Shown in pieces: positions 1 to 13,850 of a DNA stretch of 64,000 nucleotides. This stretch comes from Zygnema circumcarinatum SAG 698-1b (Eukaryota; Plantae; Zygnematophyceae). The notes under the pieces were generated by a model. It worked only from the letters and a program-made list of their open reading frames with translations, was not told the origin of the DNA and searched no databases. The translations under genes and the position numbers were made by a program. Position 1 is the first letter of the stretch; each line of letters starts with the position of its first letter. The stretch lies in NCBI GenBank assembly GCA_037447605.1, contig CM074804.1, positions 5,743,909 to 5,807,908 on the forward strand. Reading direction: 5' to 3'.

Positions 1-3000
1 GAAGGCGGAACTCCTTGCTGAGCTGAAGGTCAGCAATACCCTTCTGCTGCGTGCATCTTGATTCCGGAAGCAAGCAACTTTTCTGATTCCCTCTGAAGGC
101 AAACTTTAGTTCCTCCTACGGCAACTGAAACTGAATTCTGGCTTTTACAGGAAAAGAAGTTCAATCCGATGCCGGTTGGGACTGCGAAGAAGAACACCAA
201 TGACCCACCTGTTGCTGGCGCTTCAGACGAAAATGATCAGGACGAGGACGATGCTGATGACCTTCCAACAGACAAGGGGATGTCCAAAGGGGCTTACGAT
301 TACCTCTTGGGTATGCCTATCTGGAGCCTCACTCTGGAGAAAGTTCAAGAGCTTTGCCGAGAGAGAGATAACAAGGAAGCAGAGCTTCAGGCTCTATTGA
401 AGACGGAGCCGAAAATGATCTGGAAGGGAGACTTGGACAAGTTCCTTCTAGCCCTCGAGGTAAGGACAACAATACTAATGATAACAGGTCTTGTGAATTA
501 CCATCTTTGTGACAAGGAGATTGTTAGATGAAGTCATCAGGCATTTTGTAAGGGAGGTCTCGCCATGTGCAGGAACCACTCCTCCAGTTATTATACAGGA
601 CAATATAAATGGTGAAACGGAATCTGAACATTCTCGCAGCTTAGTCGAGAGGCAGACATGCTTGGAGTAATGCATGATCACGAAGGCTGATTGGAGCTGG
701 AACTAGCAATGCTTGATTGTGACGTTTACACTGCAAGAAAAAATCTTGAAACTTAGTGCAATAATCGACCAATGACGTACTAGTTGAGACGTATTGGAAA
801 CGGAAACGAAGACATTTTTTTATTTCGATTCCTCGTGCGTTATAGAGGATGTCCTGCAAATATGATAGTGACCTGAAACGACCCAGTACCAAGCTTATGG
901 AGTTTTGGTATGTCAGTAAGTTAGGCTCATCATTAGAGGCGGAATTATCCTCTAGTCAAGGATTGGAACAGCTTCAGTACAGTCAAGCGGAAAGTTTCAG
1001 TAGTCGTATGTTTATCCGTGTTGTATATTGGTGTATTCGTATATTTGTTCATTGGCTGCGGTGACGACTCCTCAAGCCAGAATGCTGATGCTTGCCTGAT
1101 GGCCTTCACCTACAGAATCCTCACAAGCTATATCAATCATGTGGAGCTTGTCAACTCTCAGAAATGCCTTTCTCCTCTCCAATGAGTCTTGGATGAGCGT
1201 AATGGCCACCTATCTGCTTATAGGATGTGCAAGTTCCTGCTAACAGACTAGTGCTGATTTTTTTTGGCCATTCAGGCTTCTGAACAGGAAGCTGATGAAG
1301 AGCGGAAAAATGAGCCTAAGCAGCAGAGACAGGCCAAGCTGCCCAATAAGGGGAAAAGCAAGGCCTTGGACGATGAAGATGAGGATTTTACTTTTGGAAA
1401 AAGTAAGGCTTCAACAACCTTGTGCACATTGACTATTTGCACTGCTTGTAAAGTAAGGAATGAATTTATGGCAAATTTCCGTTGGTGATGTTTTGGCCTT
1501 TTCGATTCCAGGGAAGAAAGAGACTGCTCCTTCCACGACGAACCCTGATGCAGCGTCCAAGAAGTCTGCAGGGGCTCCCAGCGAAGCTACAAAGAAAGTA
1601 AGTTGCAAGAAGGAGGAGAGAGTAGGTGGGACATACTCTTGTACATTCAAAAAACGCATGCCCTTCGTGGCTTCCTTAGGATGCAAAAAGCTCATGGAAT
1701 TATCTGTTGGTCTCACGACTTGTTGGCGCAGAAAGGGAGGCCTGCAAAGAACACATTGCCATTAGAAGTGAGGCAGTTAACGAAGCCCACAGCAGCAGCG
1801 AATCGGTACCCGGCTCAGGTACACTCTCCACTGGCGTCGCCACTGGCATCATATCGCCGCAGAATGTCAGCAGTTTAGGCAGTTGATGTGCGTAGACCTA
1901 TTTAACGCAGTCATGTTATATAGCAATTTTAACTTCAGAGCATTCATGGTTCATCTGTAAATCTCAGGAGTTTGACATTGATGAGGAGATCGGGGAACTA
2001 TCCCTAGCGGACAAGATCGCCTTACGGAGTATGGAAGTGGAATCGGACATTGCTGAGCCCATGCAACCTGCCGTTTTTCCAAGTAAGACTTTGACGATTC
2101 CAAATGACTTCGAGTCAAGTCTCACTGGCTGGCTAATGTGCTGTGCGTTTCAAATTGGAAAATTTGGTTTCAATATTTCACATGAACATCAACATGAATT
2201 GTAGGCAAGGCATCAATCAGAGTGGCCTGCAAATCTCAGGCTGGCAAAGATACTCTCAATGGTTGTTTGTCGAAAGGCTCAAGTGGAGACTTAAGTGCTG
2301 GGAATGTCGTTCCCAAATTTCGATCGCACGCGTGGATGCTATAGGATGCTCAGATGCTCGGACTGTCTGTTCTTGAACATAAATAGATGGTCGGGTCCTA
2401 GCAGTGCGGGATGACGGATGTTAGGCACCTCACCCCTGGCTCAGATCATGCAGACATTGATAAGCTAGCTGCCAAGGATTATCGTCCCTTTTTTATTACC
2501 ATTACTATTTTGTCTATTTGATTTTCTTCTTTCAGTAACATGAAGGCTTTCGTTTTTTACACAATGCCCGCATCATTACAGGTGGAACGGCAAAAGCTGC
2601 CGCAGCGGGAGTGCGTCCTGTGACTGGCAGTACAATCTTGGATCTTCATGAAGATATCGAGCAGGGAGATTCGTCCTCGCTTATGAGCTCTGAACTTAAG
2701 GACGAGTCAGAACTAACTGCATCGAGGAATGCAAGAGGAGCCCCCAAAGGCAGACGAGCAGCAGCTCCAAAGAAAGACAAACCAGCACCAGAAACTGGTC
2801 GCGGGCAAAAGCGCGGAAAGCAGGTCAGTTGGTCTCCCATACAGAGCTCAGATGTGGTATTCACTCTTCTTTTGTGCGCGTAAATTCATTCAACGTAACG
2901 ATTGACAGAAAATGAAATGTCTCGCAATAAATTGTATGCAAACTACCAATCGAATTAAGCGGCAACAAACTTTTTATGCGCACAACTCAAACTCGGCTTT

Positions 3001-3394
3001 GTAGTTTTTGGACAAACAGGCACTTTTTGACAGGCACATTTTCTGTCTACATGCTACTGCTGCGCAGGTTTCGAGCAAAGGAAGTACGCTTGATGCGCCA
3101 GATGTCAGCTTCCCTTCCAGTGCAGCACACTCCACTATATCTGCACTTGCAGCACAGTCCTCCGAGGTGAACTCTCCGGACAAAAAGGTGCGACGGACTC
3201 AGAACCAGCCATTCACGAAGAGTGTCAACATCAACATCAGTCTGTCAGACGAGGAAGACACCGCTGTTGTGGGGCGAAGGCTTCCAGCGAGGGCTACTCG
3301 CACCAAGAAGGTTGTCTACAACCTCACGAGCGACGAGGATGAGGAGACAGGTGGCAGCGATGCGGAGATATTCAGTGAGGAAGACTCCGATTGA
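1..3394 (+). CDS. TOP2: DNA topoisomerase II, 3' portion (gene starts upstream of the window)
   Basis: Spliced exons at about 1-28, 151-459, 1276-1402, 1511-1597, 1968-2082, 2582-2823 and 3068-3394 with GT-AG borders. The translation contains KAELLAELK...YDYLLGMPIWSLTLEKVQEL...KMIWKGDLDKF, typical of the eukaryotic TOP2 C-terminal core, followed by a low-complexity K/D/E/S-rich CTD. Stop TGA at 3392-3394. Confidence 0.93.
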
Positions 3395-4089
3395 TGGCGG
3401 GGACTGTAAATCGCCCTCTTACAGCGTGTTTGGTTGGTTATTCGTCCTAACTGTGTCTAAATCAAACATGAAGGATACTGTTCGTATCATTCCATTTATT
3501 ATGCTTATCCTGTGTTGACCCTTTGCAATCACCTCACTTGTAGAGAGCAAACTGTCTGCACTCGTTTGCTCCTACGAGTCCTCGTGGGTGGACGTCCGTG
3601 CATGTCATTTACAGTTGCTAGCCAGGAGCATAGCTCAGCAGTCTACAGTACAATTCACTGTGCGTCGTACTTTGGCTTGTTGTCCATCTGATTCTTTGTC
3701 CATTGCGCTACATTGTAAATAAATATACTTTTGTGAATGAGTACGCATATCAAACTTTCATCAGCTCTCGTGGACATGGAGATGCTCTTGCTTGTTCCAC
3801 CGGCACAGTGGAGCATAATGTGGAGGATACCTTGAGAACAAGGTCCGACCGACACGGCTGCAACATGCAAGGGTGCTTCACATGCCCCGTCACGAAGGAG
3901 CTTAACAAAATAAAAAATTTCCTGTCGTTCTTTTCCGCAAACTGTGGGTTTGGGGGACAAAATTGGTGCAACACTCTGTAAGCCGTCTACTCAGCAGCCA
4001 ACTCGTGGGATGCATAAGTTATAGGAGCCTTGTGGCATCTTCCTCTAGTGTACAACACAGCTGGTCATATATGCCAGGTGAGGCAGTGT

Positions 4090-7000
4090 TCAGCGGCCCA
4101 GCTGGCTTTCGATCCAGTTGTCGATGAGATTGCGCATGCGCAGCGTCTGCTTGACATCAGCCCCCACCATCCACAGCCAAGAGGGTGCAGAGTGAAGATT
4201 GTTGTCAGCGTGGACCACTTGAGTTACGCATGCTCAAAAAATTCTACAGTCATTTGAAGACAGAATTCTGCGACAACTTAAAAAATATTCGTAAAACGAA
4301 AAATACGAAAGACACGCAGTACAGCGATGGGGGGAAGGGGGGCGGCGTCAATTGAGCATTGTTTCACATGGAAGCCGAGGAAAACGAGAGAAGGGGGCGC
4401 AGGCCGCACCTGGTCGTGCAGCGCCATGTGGCCCGCAGAGAGCACCGTGACGTGCGTGAGGTTGCTGTGGCGTTTCATGTAGCCTGCCAGCTCACCGTTC
4501 ACGCGCCAGATCTGGTGAGGCGCCTGCATCCACTCATCCTTGCCTGACCAGTCGAGCGTCTTTATCCAATCCTCTGTGCTCGCAGGGCCCTCCTTCAGAT
4601 CCAGCTGGCCCTGCATCACCCACTCCTAGGATTTCTCGATGAAATTTATCTCCTACCCACCTATTTTCAACAGGTTTCAGTTGGCCAGGAGGACAGAACG
4701 AGAAAGCACGAGGCTTCTGGAGGAGTTCGGCAAGCGGCTATTCACAAGGATGTCACCATTACAACAGTATGCCAAAATTCTCATGTTGGGCCCGTACGAT
4801 CCCCTATGTCGGATGAGAAATGTAGATAGCCAGAGCTTAAATGACTCTTCCGCGACCCATCCACACAAATGAGAAGGTATCAAGTCTAAGCGAGCTTTAA
4901 ATTTGCGTTGGAGCGCTTTTCTCGTTGCTACGGTGGTTTTACTAAGCTGATGTGTACGATTACATCGTCGTAGAGTCCACACAAACGTACGAAGGTGCAG
5001 CACTTTGTATACAAAGTGCAACGCAACAAGCGAGACACCATCAGGTGGAAGGGCAGAGTGCAGGCAGCAGTCACTTGCCCACCTGGAACAGCAATACTGG
5101 GAGGGTAGTCAGGATTTCGTTCACCATCCAGCGGACACTCTTCATCAGATCGGCTGCCAGCTTGTTGCTCACTTGCGAGCTGCACGTCTCAAAGTGTTGA
5201 TTGCGTCTCAGATTTACATTAAGCTTTTTCTGAACATCTCCCCTGTTCAGTAACTGCAAAAAGCCATTTTCCACAAGTTTTATCAAAATTCCAAACTTCG
5301 CAGAGACAAGTTTCACGCAAGCAGACGTATTTCCATACAAGAATTGCAGAGAGGAGCAGGGCCACATGGACCGACCTCCTCTAGGATATCTGCACCATCG
5401 AGTGTTTTATGATAGTCCGCGGGACGGCGAGTGTTGAATAAAGTGGCGAGGCCTGTGACGTTCTGAAGCCACTGCAGCAATTGGCGCCTGCAAAAAAAGC
5501 AGTGCACGGGTTTGAAATTCTCTTGTGACGCGAAACATTAAATCAGCTTCAAAACTAGCCATTGACGAATGTATTTTTCACCAGCATACAACGGGTTCTG
5601 CCTTCGCACATTCCTGTGAGTGAAACACGACTGTCACTGACCTCTGCCGTGCTGCATCCAGCCACTTTTCGTCATCGATAAGTTGTACAACTCGCTTTGA
5701 CCAGTTCTCAATCTGCATGACAGAGGCCCATAGAACATCCCTTTCGAATCAACCGAAGAGATATGCGTTAAATCTCTGCATAGGAAACGCGTGAGGACAA
5801 ACTCCGAACTTATGAAGTTGGCAGGCTCCTTGAAAGGTATCAACTCTTTTGAGCTTGAGGTTCCATAGGCATGCAGTCAGATAAGGCCACATACGTGCCG
5901 CTTCTGGTGGCCGTCTATGTATCCGAAGTAGTAGAAGAGCGGCCCCATGAGAGGAAGCATTTCACGCGGGTCTGTCATTCCGTTGCCGACCACGAGGCCA
6001 TCCAACCTGAAGGGGTGGCTCCGTTGTGGTTCAGCGTGAGAATGGCTGTTCAGGTCCTCCCGCCATTTCAAAGTGTAATATCCGAGGCTTGGGACATATT
6101 TTCCCGCATAGCTACACAGAAAAATACCGATGCCAATGAAAGTGAAGTGGTTAGTCTATGCCGAATTGCCTTTGAACTTGAGCGAGCCCATGACCTATTT
6201 TTGTGCCTCGTGCCCGTAACCTACCTATTACCCATGCTGCCTTGACATAGAAAAATTGTATGACGTTTACCTCATTACAGATTATCCAATAGAAATGTCA
6301 CCCCCTTGAAAGACCATCCTGGCTGGGCCTATTAAATAAATATCCTATACAAAAGAACACAAAATAGCTTATTTAGCTTTTTAAAGGCACAAGTGTTGCT
6401 TTAGCCTGAAGACCACTAAGTATAACCTAGTTTCACTTTAGTGCCGAGACGCTTTAGTGGACGAACTTAACTGGGCCATCCATCTGGCTCTATGAATCGA
6501 ATTTATCTTCTTTGGATGGACCCGGACTCGGAGACCTCAACTCGAGACTATTGGCGCTAAAGTGTAATGACCGTAAGTATGTTACTTTTAGCTATGATAA
6601 GTATGTACCGAGTCGCAAGAACCAAAGTTTAATCAAGCACGAGAAATGTTTTGCCAGCTCGAAAGCATCAAGAAGAAATGGCCTCAGTTGAGGAAAGAAC
6701 GGGACAGGATGGAGGAAAACTTACCTCTCGCCCGCTATATAGAATGGACGGTCCTGCACGACAGCATCCAAGAGAATACGCAAACCCGGGAAAGACAAGA
6801 AAGTCTGCATTTTGTTAGTAAGAAAGGTATGGACACGACTTAGCAGAAGCTCTGGTGAAAAAGGCGACTTTACGTTTTCGAAACCCATCGCTGAAGGCTA
6901 CAGATATGCACTAGTTTTTTCCTGTTGCTTTGCTTTTGAATACGCCAAGCTTTTTCATGTGTAGTTTACAACAATTCCCAGGGATTGCACTTGCTGCGGG

Positions 7001-8132
7001 GAAAAGCTTCGTGCATACTTTAAAATATTCCGGAGCATGTTTTGTAAAGAAAGTCGTGATGGCCTTATACAATGCTGTCGCCACACTTAACTCCCCATTC
7101 GGTATGGCATCAGGGTCATTCACCGTACTGTTAAAACCATGTTAAAAAAACATAGATCAGATACTTCAGAACTAGAGTTAGGGCACTCCTTTGAGCCATT
7201 GGCCTCGGTGCAAGCACCCAGATTTTTGTAATACTTTTCATCCCTTCAAGCGCTATTATACGTCTGCAACTCTGCGACTTGCTGCTTTCCAAGCTCGTTA
7301 AGAAGTCGTTAGGATGCTTCTAAATCTTCGTCATAAACACAGACTAGTACATGGCTGGTTTTAAGGATCCCTTTGTGGCTGCATTGTCGTAAAAAATTCC
7401 CAGATACATGCACACACGAATATCATCAGCTTCCAATATCCATTTTTGTAACATTTGACGGAATTTATTCTGCTAACCATCTCCTAAGAGACATAAAACA
7501 GCGGTTCGTCAACATTGGCCTCTTTTGTATTGCCAAGAACTACCAGTGCGGAAATTAGAGGAAGAAATACTTTTTGTTGAATTCACAAACCTGAACCCAA
7601 CGCCGACAGGATTGTCGATGAAGAGGACCCCGTACGCATCCGTCCACGCTCCTTCATTCTTTACAAGTCTGGGAGGAATTTCTTCAATAATATTGTAAGG
7701 TCCAATCTCGTAAAACATCCCCACCATGCTAGAGCACCCAGGACCCCCCTGAAGCCACAAAATAATCGGAGTCTCTTTCAAACTCCTCTTCGGCTCTCTT
7801 GCCTCGTAGTATGCAAAATACATTTCTGCACCTGCGGAAGCATTGATCGAAATGTAACCTGACATATCAGGCCAAGCGTCTTCTGGCAACACTGGGAGTC
7901 CCGCTGAATTATCTCCTCCCTTGCCTTCCTCCTTCCTAGCATTAAACCCGCTAGACTTAGAGGAAGGCAGCTTTAGCTCGCTTCTTTCTGTGACATAATC
8001 TGAGCTCCCTCCTACTACCTTTGCTCCTTCCTCTTCCCAGGGGCCATAGCTCACTGAGTGGGGCCGCGCGTGAATGAGAGCAGCCGAGAGCAGCAGCGCG
8101 CCAAGCGAGAAAAGGCGCTGCGTGGAAGCCAT
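4090..8132 (-). CDS. Serine carboxypeptidase-like protein (S10 family, SCPL50-like), secreted
   Basis: ATG at 8132 with signal peptide MASTQRLFSLGALLLSAALIHA. Motifs: WLQGGPGCSSM...FYEIGP and FIDNPVGVGF (exon 8132-7591), DRPFYIAGE|SYAGKYVP catalytic Ser (mini-exon ~6753-6725 plus ~6110-5890), GNGMTDP, QGQLDL (catalytic Asp region), AGHMALHDQ (catalytic His). Last exon TLRMRNLIDNWIESQLGR*, stop at 4090-4092. Confidence 0.93.
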
Positions 8133-8237
8133 GGACGCCGCCCTTGCAACGACCGCTCGCCTGCAAGGTCCGGCCTTTATACTGCAGGCGCTGGTCGTCC
8201 AAACCAATAACAGCTTGCCACGCTATAATATTTTCAT

Positions 8238-8450
8238 ACGTGGCAGTCCGTGATTGGTTGTGCCCGCGCAATGTTTAAAAAGGGTGGCCCACCCCTGTCG
8301 AAACCTGCTGCCACGTCACCCTATCCGCTGATCGGAGCGCATGATCGCGCTGCATGCTCGCCACGTGGACAATACGGGCGTTACAACTGCGCTACGTGGC
8401 ATAGAAGCCCCAAGTGATTGGCTCAACCCCACGGCGGAGGACCACGTGGC
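8238..8450. promoter_or_regulatory. Cluster of five ACGTGGC/G-box (ABRE-like) motifs in the SCPL/ATG18 divergent promoter
   Basis: ACGTGGC at 8238 and 8394, GCCACGTCA at 8310, GCCACGTGG at 8360, CCACGTGGC at 8442. A TATAAA-like box lies on the minus strand near 8175-8180, upstream of the SCPL ATG. Confidence 0.55.
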
Positions 8451-8676
8451 GGCCCCGGAAGGAGCGTTATCCAAATGGGGGAGCCGCGTGGCAGGCGGTA
8501 GCGGCGGCTGACGGCAGCGAGCCGGAGCCAGCCCGTCAGCGCGCGCGCGCGCGGGCGGGCGGGCGGGCGGGCAGTTCCATGGAGCCCGCCAGTCCCGTCG
8601 GCCGTAGCGAGGTCGACGTGCTATGTCGCGCAGTTACCGCAGGTCGCGCGCGGGACGGACGGTCGGACGGACTGCG

Positions 8677-8718
8677 CGGGCGGGCGGGCGGGCGGGCGGG
8701 CGGGCGGGCGGGCGGGCG
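8677..8718 (+). repeat. (GGGC)n microsatellite (second copy near 8552-8572)
   Basis: Directly visible tandem gggc units. Confidence 0.9.
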
Positions 8719-9181
8719 GCAACAGGCAGCGCGACCTGCCCCCCACGAGGCCATCGGCCATCGCCTCCTTCCGAGTGAGCAAGCAAAGATAGGCTGTGGC
8801 ATTGACCTCATTGATGCGCCGCAAGCGCCTCCACTCAGGTCAAATGTCCTGTACGTGGCGCCTCGATGGCATCCTCGTGCGACTGCATTCCATACCATAC
8901 CATACCATAGCGTGACGTCCGGCTGTCCTGGCACGCCCCCCCCTGTCAATGTCCCCCTGCAGGCAGGCCCTGCGTGGGGGGGTGCGTGTGTGAAGCCTCC
9001 TGCTGCCAGGAAGGTACCGTTCTCCCGCCTGCTCGAAGCTGTACGGCACCTGTTGTTGAATTGGCTTCTTTAGCCAAATTCTCCTGAGCTTCGGCAGGCG
9101 GCCATGGATGTTATGGACGGACGTCGCCTTAGTGCTGGGAGGCTGTGAGGACGAGGTGGAAGGTTTTAGAAGGCTGTACTA

Positions 9182-12100
9182 ATGAGTGCCGAGCGGATCT
9201 CCCCTCGGGGAGTTTTTCATATATCTTTTAATCAAGATAATACGTAAGCTTTTCGTGTTCGTTTTTTTTTTTACTTGCTACATGAAATACAACGGTTGCC
9301 TCTTTTCTTGATGTTATTCTGAAAGGACGAAGGCTAAATATCGTGTAAGGTAGAAGGAAGAGCAAAGGAAAAAAGACAAGGAGTTGTCGGTGGCTTATCA
9401 ACGGATCTCGTCTACTTAGCTGCAGCGTCTGAATCGAGATATCATTTTGTCTGTTTATTCATATCAATTTGTCGATTTGGTTTTAGCGCAGTCAGTGTTT
9501 CACCATTGCACAGCGATTATAGGTTTGGACAGCATTTCTATCTGGCATCGTGATACATGGCAGGGTCATGCACATCCGATCGTCACTAGATTGCATGTAA
9601 GATGTTGGAGATCCAGAACTATGCAACTTGATTAGTTGCTGGAGGATTTCAAAACCATATGCACGAAAGGGCGCAAGCACGATCCTTAAACCGGGAAGCA
9701 TGACCTAATTATTCATGAACAATGTTTAAGTGATCAAAATCTCCAAAGTACTGTTCAAGGGCATGAGAAGGTGTCCTGTAGAACCGCAGTTTCGAGCAAA
9801 ATTTTAAGGAATTTTGATGTAGGCTTTCCTTTTGTGAAGCATTCTGGTCTTGCATGATGACATTGCATAGCAAACAGTCGCTTCTCATACCATGAACAAA
9901 TGGTAATGTGTTCTGAGTTTAGGCCATGGAGGCATTAGATCAGTTAGCTTGTTCTATGTGTATATGTGCCATGTTTGCTCCTTGCTTAATTGCAACAAGT
10001 ATTTTGACGCTTTGCTCACTCTACAGCTGCATTTCCGTGGCCACTCGCGCTGGCTTCAAGATTTTCAATTGTGACACCTGTACATGCGTGTATGACTACT
10101 GTGAGTGTCTGCTTAACTTTTGCAGCTCCATGCGTGTTCGCTGTATTAGACCATCAACATAGGATGGAGCCATAGACACTAAACCACTAAACTAATACTG
10201 GCGCTAACCTCGCGGGGCATCGTTTATGGCCTCATTTTCTTGTGATGTTGTGCAGCGGGCGGAGCAATTCGCATTGTGGAAATGCTTTTCTGTACGAGCC
10301 TGGTTGCACTTGTGGGAGCTGGCGAGCAGGTCTTATTCCAGCCATCTTTGTTTTCCTTAAACCTCGGCCTTTTCTCGCTTGTTTTTGTCACCATCTGATC
10401 TCCCCAACTCCGCTGTATTCTACGAGGACTTTATCTCTGAGACTCATAGTTACTTTATTCCATCTTTTATCCACCGCCTGTTGTTCTTTCAACTTTGAAA
10501 CAAATAGTCAGAGATAGTAGTGTAGCGTATATTTAGAGATGAGCTTACAATTGAATTTGCTTCCTGCGGCACAAGTTAAAGGTGCTGCATTGCTGGCCCG
10601 TGCAGCCGTCCTTGTCCCCCCGACGCGTACAGCTGCTGAATACAAACGCGACGGCAGACACTCCGCCTGCTGAGCTCAGCTTCGTCAGCTCCATCCTTGC
10701 TGTTCGCCTCAATCGGAAACGGTATGCCAGCACTTCACAATTTGAACAATCGCTAATGGAGGCTGGACGAACGTATGACTCTATTCAAGACTAAAGTTGC
10801 ACATGACCAAATGTATGCATAAATGACGAAGTACATTCTCTGGTTTTGAATGGTTGTGCCTTCAATTTGATTTTTCTCCACATTCTGTATACTTCCTATC
10901 TCATTCCAGTGGTAGTTGGTGACTTCGTTATGTCAGGCTTATAGTTATTCTTGACAAGAAGGCCTACATCCATGACCTTGCTGAGCTCATGCTTTTGGAC
11001 ACACTGGACACCTGCCACAATCCTAGAGGTAAACCCTGTGATTATACGCTGGAATGGCCATTGGTTTTGGATAGGAAGGTTGTGCCCTGAATTTACAATT
11101 TGAGGGTGTTGCAGCCTAAAAGTGAAGCACGCGTCTAGTCATCTATCTGAATGGCGGAATGTCCTTCTGACGTTCAGTTCTGGTTGTTGTCAAGGGGCAC
11201 CTGCAGTGAAGCATGCATGTCCATGGCTTCTACACAGGCGGTCTAAAACGTGGTGTTTGCAGAGGGGGGCAGGAATATGTGCACTCTCCCAGAACCCTCA
11301 GAACTGCTTTTTGGCCCTTCCGGGAAGTTCGGTATCGGGGGCTGTGCTCATCTATGATGCTTTGAACCTCCGCACGCTGTGCCAGGTATCACGAAAGTTA
11401 AACGCTGGAATGAATGGAAGGCCACGAAGAAAGGAAGGGATGCTGCCATGAACTTGGCTTCTTTGATCACTGAATTGGGGATGAATGGTTTTCAGAAAGG
11501 TATATGATGGCAGAAATGCGTTGCAATAAAGATTCTTGCTGCATTAGAAATGTGACGGTGAGCTTTCGGCGTGATGTCAGATTCAAGCCCATGTGGCTCC
11601 TATCACTACTTTGGCATTCTCTCCAGACGGTTCGATGCTCGCCTCTGCATCCGAAAGGGGAACTGTGGTTCGAGTGTACGCTATCCCTCAGGCCGCCAAG
11701 GTGGGAGCTTGAAGGCCATTGGAAAACCGGATGTATTTTTCCAGACTTAGGTTTATATTATAATTGTTTGGAAAAGCAATGAATACACGGCAGTCAATGG
11801 CAGTGAAAGAATTACACCACGACTGCGCTTCCGCCTGCTGTTGAACCCGTAGGATGTGGACTGATGATGCAGGTTTACACGTTCCGGCGTGGAACATACC
11901 CGGCCACCATTTATTCCCTTGCCTTCTCCCCTTCCCCATCTTCGCTGCTCGCCGTCACCAGCGATAGTGGGACTGTGCATGTGTTCCGGCTCACCACATT
12001 CGCGAGGAAAAGGCAAGCTTACACATCCTTCAGATAATGAGTTTAGGTCTTGACAAAGCTGTTCGTTTTCGTCGTACATTGTCTGCTCGAAGACGGATGG

Positions 12101-12867
12101 ACTTCCTTTCCCTGTGGAACGTGCAGGAGTTTAGCTGCCAGTCTGCTCGCCTCCATGGCTCCTGGCTCCATTGCAGATGCTGTGGACTCTGAGCGTTGCC
12201 TCACAACGATTCATAATGGGTCGTCACGCATTCCAAGGTACGTATTTATCCATTAGAAAAGCACAGGCTTTGTCAATGGGCAGTGATGTGTTCCGTGTCT
12301 GGGTGTATTATGCATCTCTTGCAGCTTGTACGCCCTTCGGCGTTCTGCTGTTTGACCTCGCCGTTGGAACTCGTATCTCGTATGCCATCCCATCTTCGTT
12401 ATAGATGTGGATGCAAGCATGAATTTCACTGGTTTATGGAAAGAAGATTGGTTTCTGAGTGGCGCCCATTAGTTGGCAGCTATTGTGCAATCGTACGCTG
12501 CACTGCGGAGGCGTCGGGCAGCGCTCAGCAAGAAAGGTGTGCTTGCAAATGTCGAGCCTCACACTAGTGTTCCATTTGCCTCCCTTTCTTTCTTTGTCCA
12601 AGTTTGTGTTTCATTGGGAGAAACCAAAAGACTGACAACGGCTTAGCTATCAGGTTGTTTTGTGCGTCTATTCCCTTTCTGCCAGTCAAAACCACGTTTT
12701 TGAATTGATGCGCGTGCAGAGTGCGAGTGCTTGTAGTAAGCGCTGACGGATTCTTCAACGAATACAGTGTGAATATTGGTCCCTCCGGTGACAGCACTGC
12801 CGTTCTCGAACGAGAAAGTACGCTAATTGAAGGTGCTTCTCAGCAGATCTCTGCGAAGTTTGTATGA
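9182..12867 (+). CDS. ATG18: Autophagy PROPPIN WD40 protein, ATG18b-like
   Basis: Exons from 9182-9243 (MSAERISPRGVFHISFNQDN) through 10027-10100 (CISVATRAGFKIFNCD), ~10256-10329 (IVEMLFCTSLVALVGAGEQ), ~10605-10720 (PSLSPRR...SILAVRLNRKR), ~11581-11700 (AHVAPITTLAFSPDGSMLASASERGTVVRV) and 11872-12012 (TFRRGTYPATIYSL, the phosphoinositide-binding FRRG motif) to the last exon ending SAKFV* at 12865-12867. Confidence 0.93.
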
Positions 12868-13584
12868 CATTAGACTTTTGCAGCTTTCGCAGGCTGCAAA
12901 AGTCAAGGCCTTCTGTAGCATTGTGTGTGATTGACTGCGTGACGATTTTTTTTTTCGGGCTCTGCAATTCCGTCAAATTCTAGTTTGGTTCATGAGTTTG
13001 AGGGAAGGGCATACGCATGCAAGCCTGTGAACGAGTTGCATTGTGGTTGGCGGAAGATTTACAAGACCAACCAGTATCATATTGAGCGCGGCCTTGATCA
13101 AACGATTTGTCAAAATCTATTTGGACTAAAGGAGTTTCTCCATGTGTTGAGGGTTTGGAATTGCGCTGATGTGTCAAAATGCACATGCATTCCCTTCTTA
13201 TGCGTTTTGATTGTGTTTCGTATAATTTGGCTTTCATGCCAAACCGATGCCACGTGAGACTGGTGATGTTGAGTTTTTTTGCATGTTGTGTTTGAATTGG
13301 CCATGTGCTCCTCCTCGAATGTACGTTTCAAATTTCTTAACATTTGCTGCCCCCATTCAACAAAGTAAAAAAAAGTTCAAATTTCCCAACCTGTTTGGTG
13401 TTACACGGTACCGGTATTCCCAAATCGGAAACTTTATCACGCTCGTCGAAAATTGTTCAAGCCTGAATGCCGCCTTCAGCGATGGCGCTCGTCCAATCCG
13501 TCACCTCTGCGACAGGACATGTTTCAGCTTGCCTACGCCCGCGCCCACTACTCCAGTGAGTCCAGCCAGTTTTGCGGCAGTTTG

Positions 13585-13750
13585 GTTGTCCAATGGTTGC
13601 CGATCCAATGCTTTAACCTGTGCAGCGTAGGTCGGACCATTGGATCAACCATTGCGATGGTTGCCAACCATTACCATCAGCAAGACAACCAACCATTGCC
13701 AAAGGTCGCAACCATTGGACGTCTAACCATTGCCATCCAATGGTTGCCGA
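13585..13750. repeat. Dispersed copy of the AACCATT/AATGGTT palindromic repeat family
   Basis: Multiple aaccatt/aatggtt motifs. ggtcggaccattg-tcaaccattgc-atggttg-aaccatt aligns with 25707-25800. Confidence 0.75.
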
Positions 13751-13850
13751 TCCCTCCTTGGTCCGACTCCTGTGCTATGTTGCAGCTGTTTGCGCCCGCC
13801 CGCGAGACCGGAGGGACCGCCACGATCGCGACAGCATTCACTCCTTCCCG

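Noticed and set aside
8414-9073. GC-rich ORFs and an upstream ATG (8580) as the ATG18 N-terminus
   Set aside because: The conserved FNQD start lies in the exon at 9182-9243. These ORFs run through (GGGC)n microsatellites and look like promoter or UTR sequence.
13430-13585. Possible further CRE remnant next to the 13.6-kb AACCATT array
   Set aside because: Only a short match (gccttcagcg), which is not enough to support by eye.
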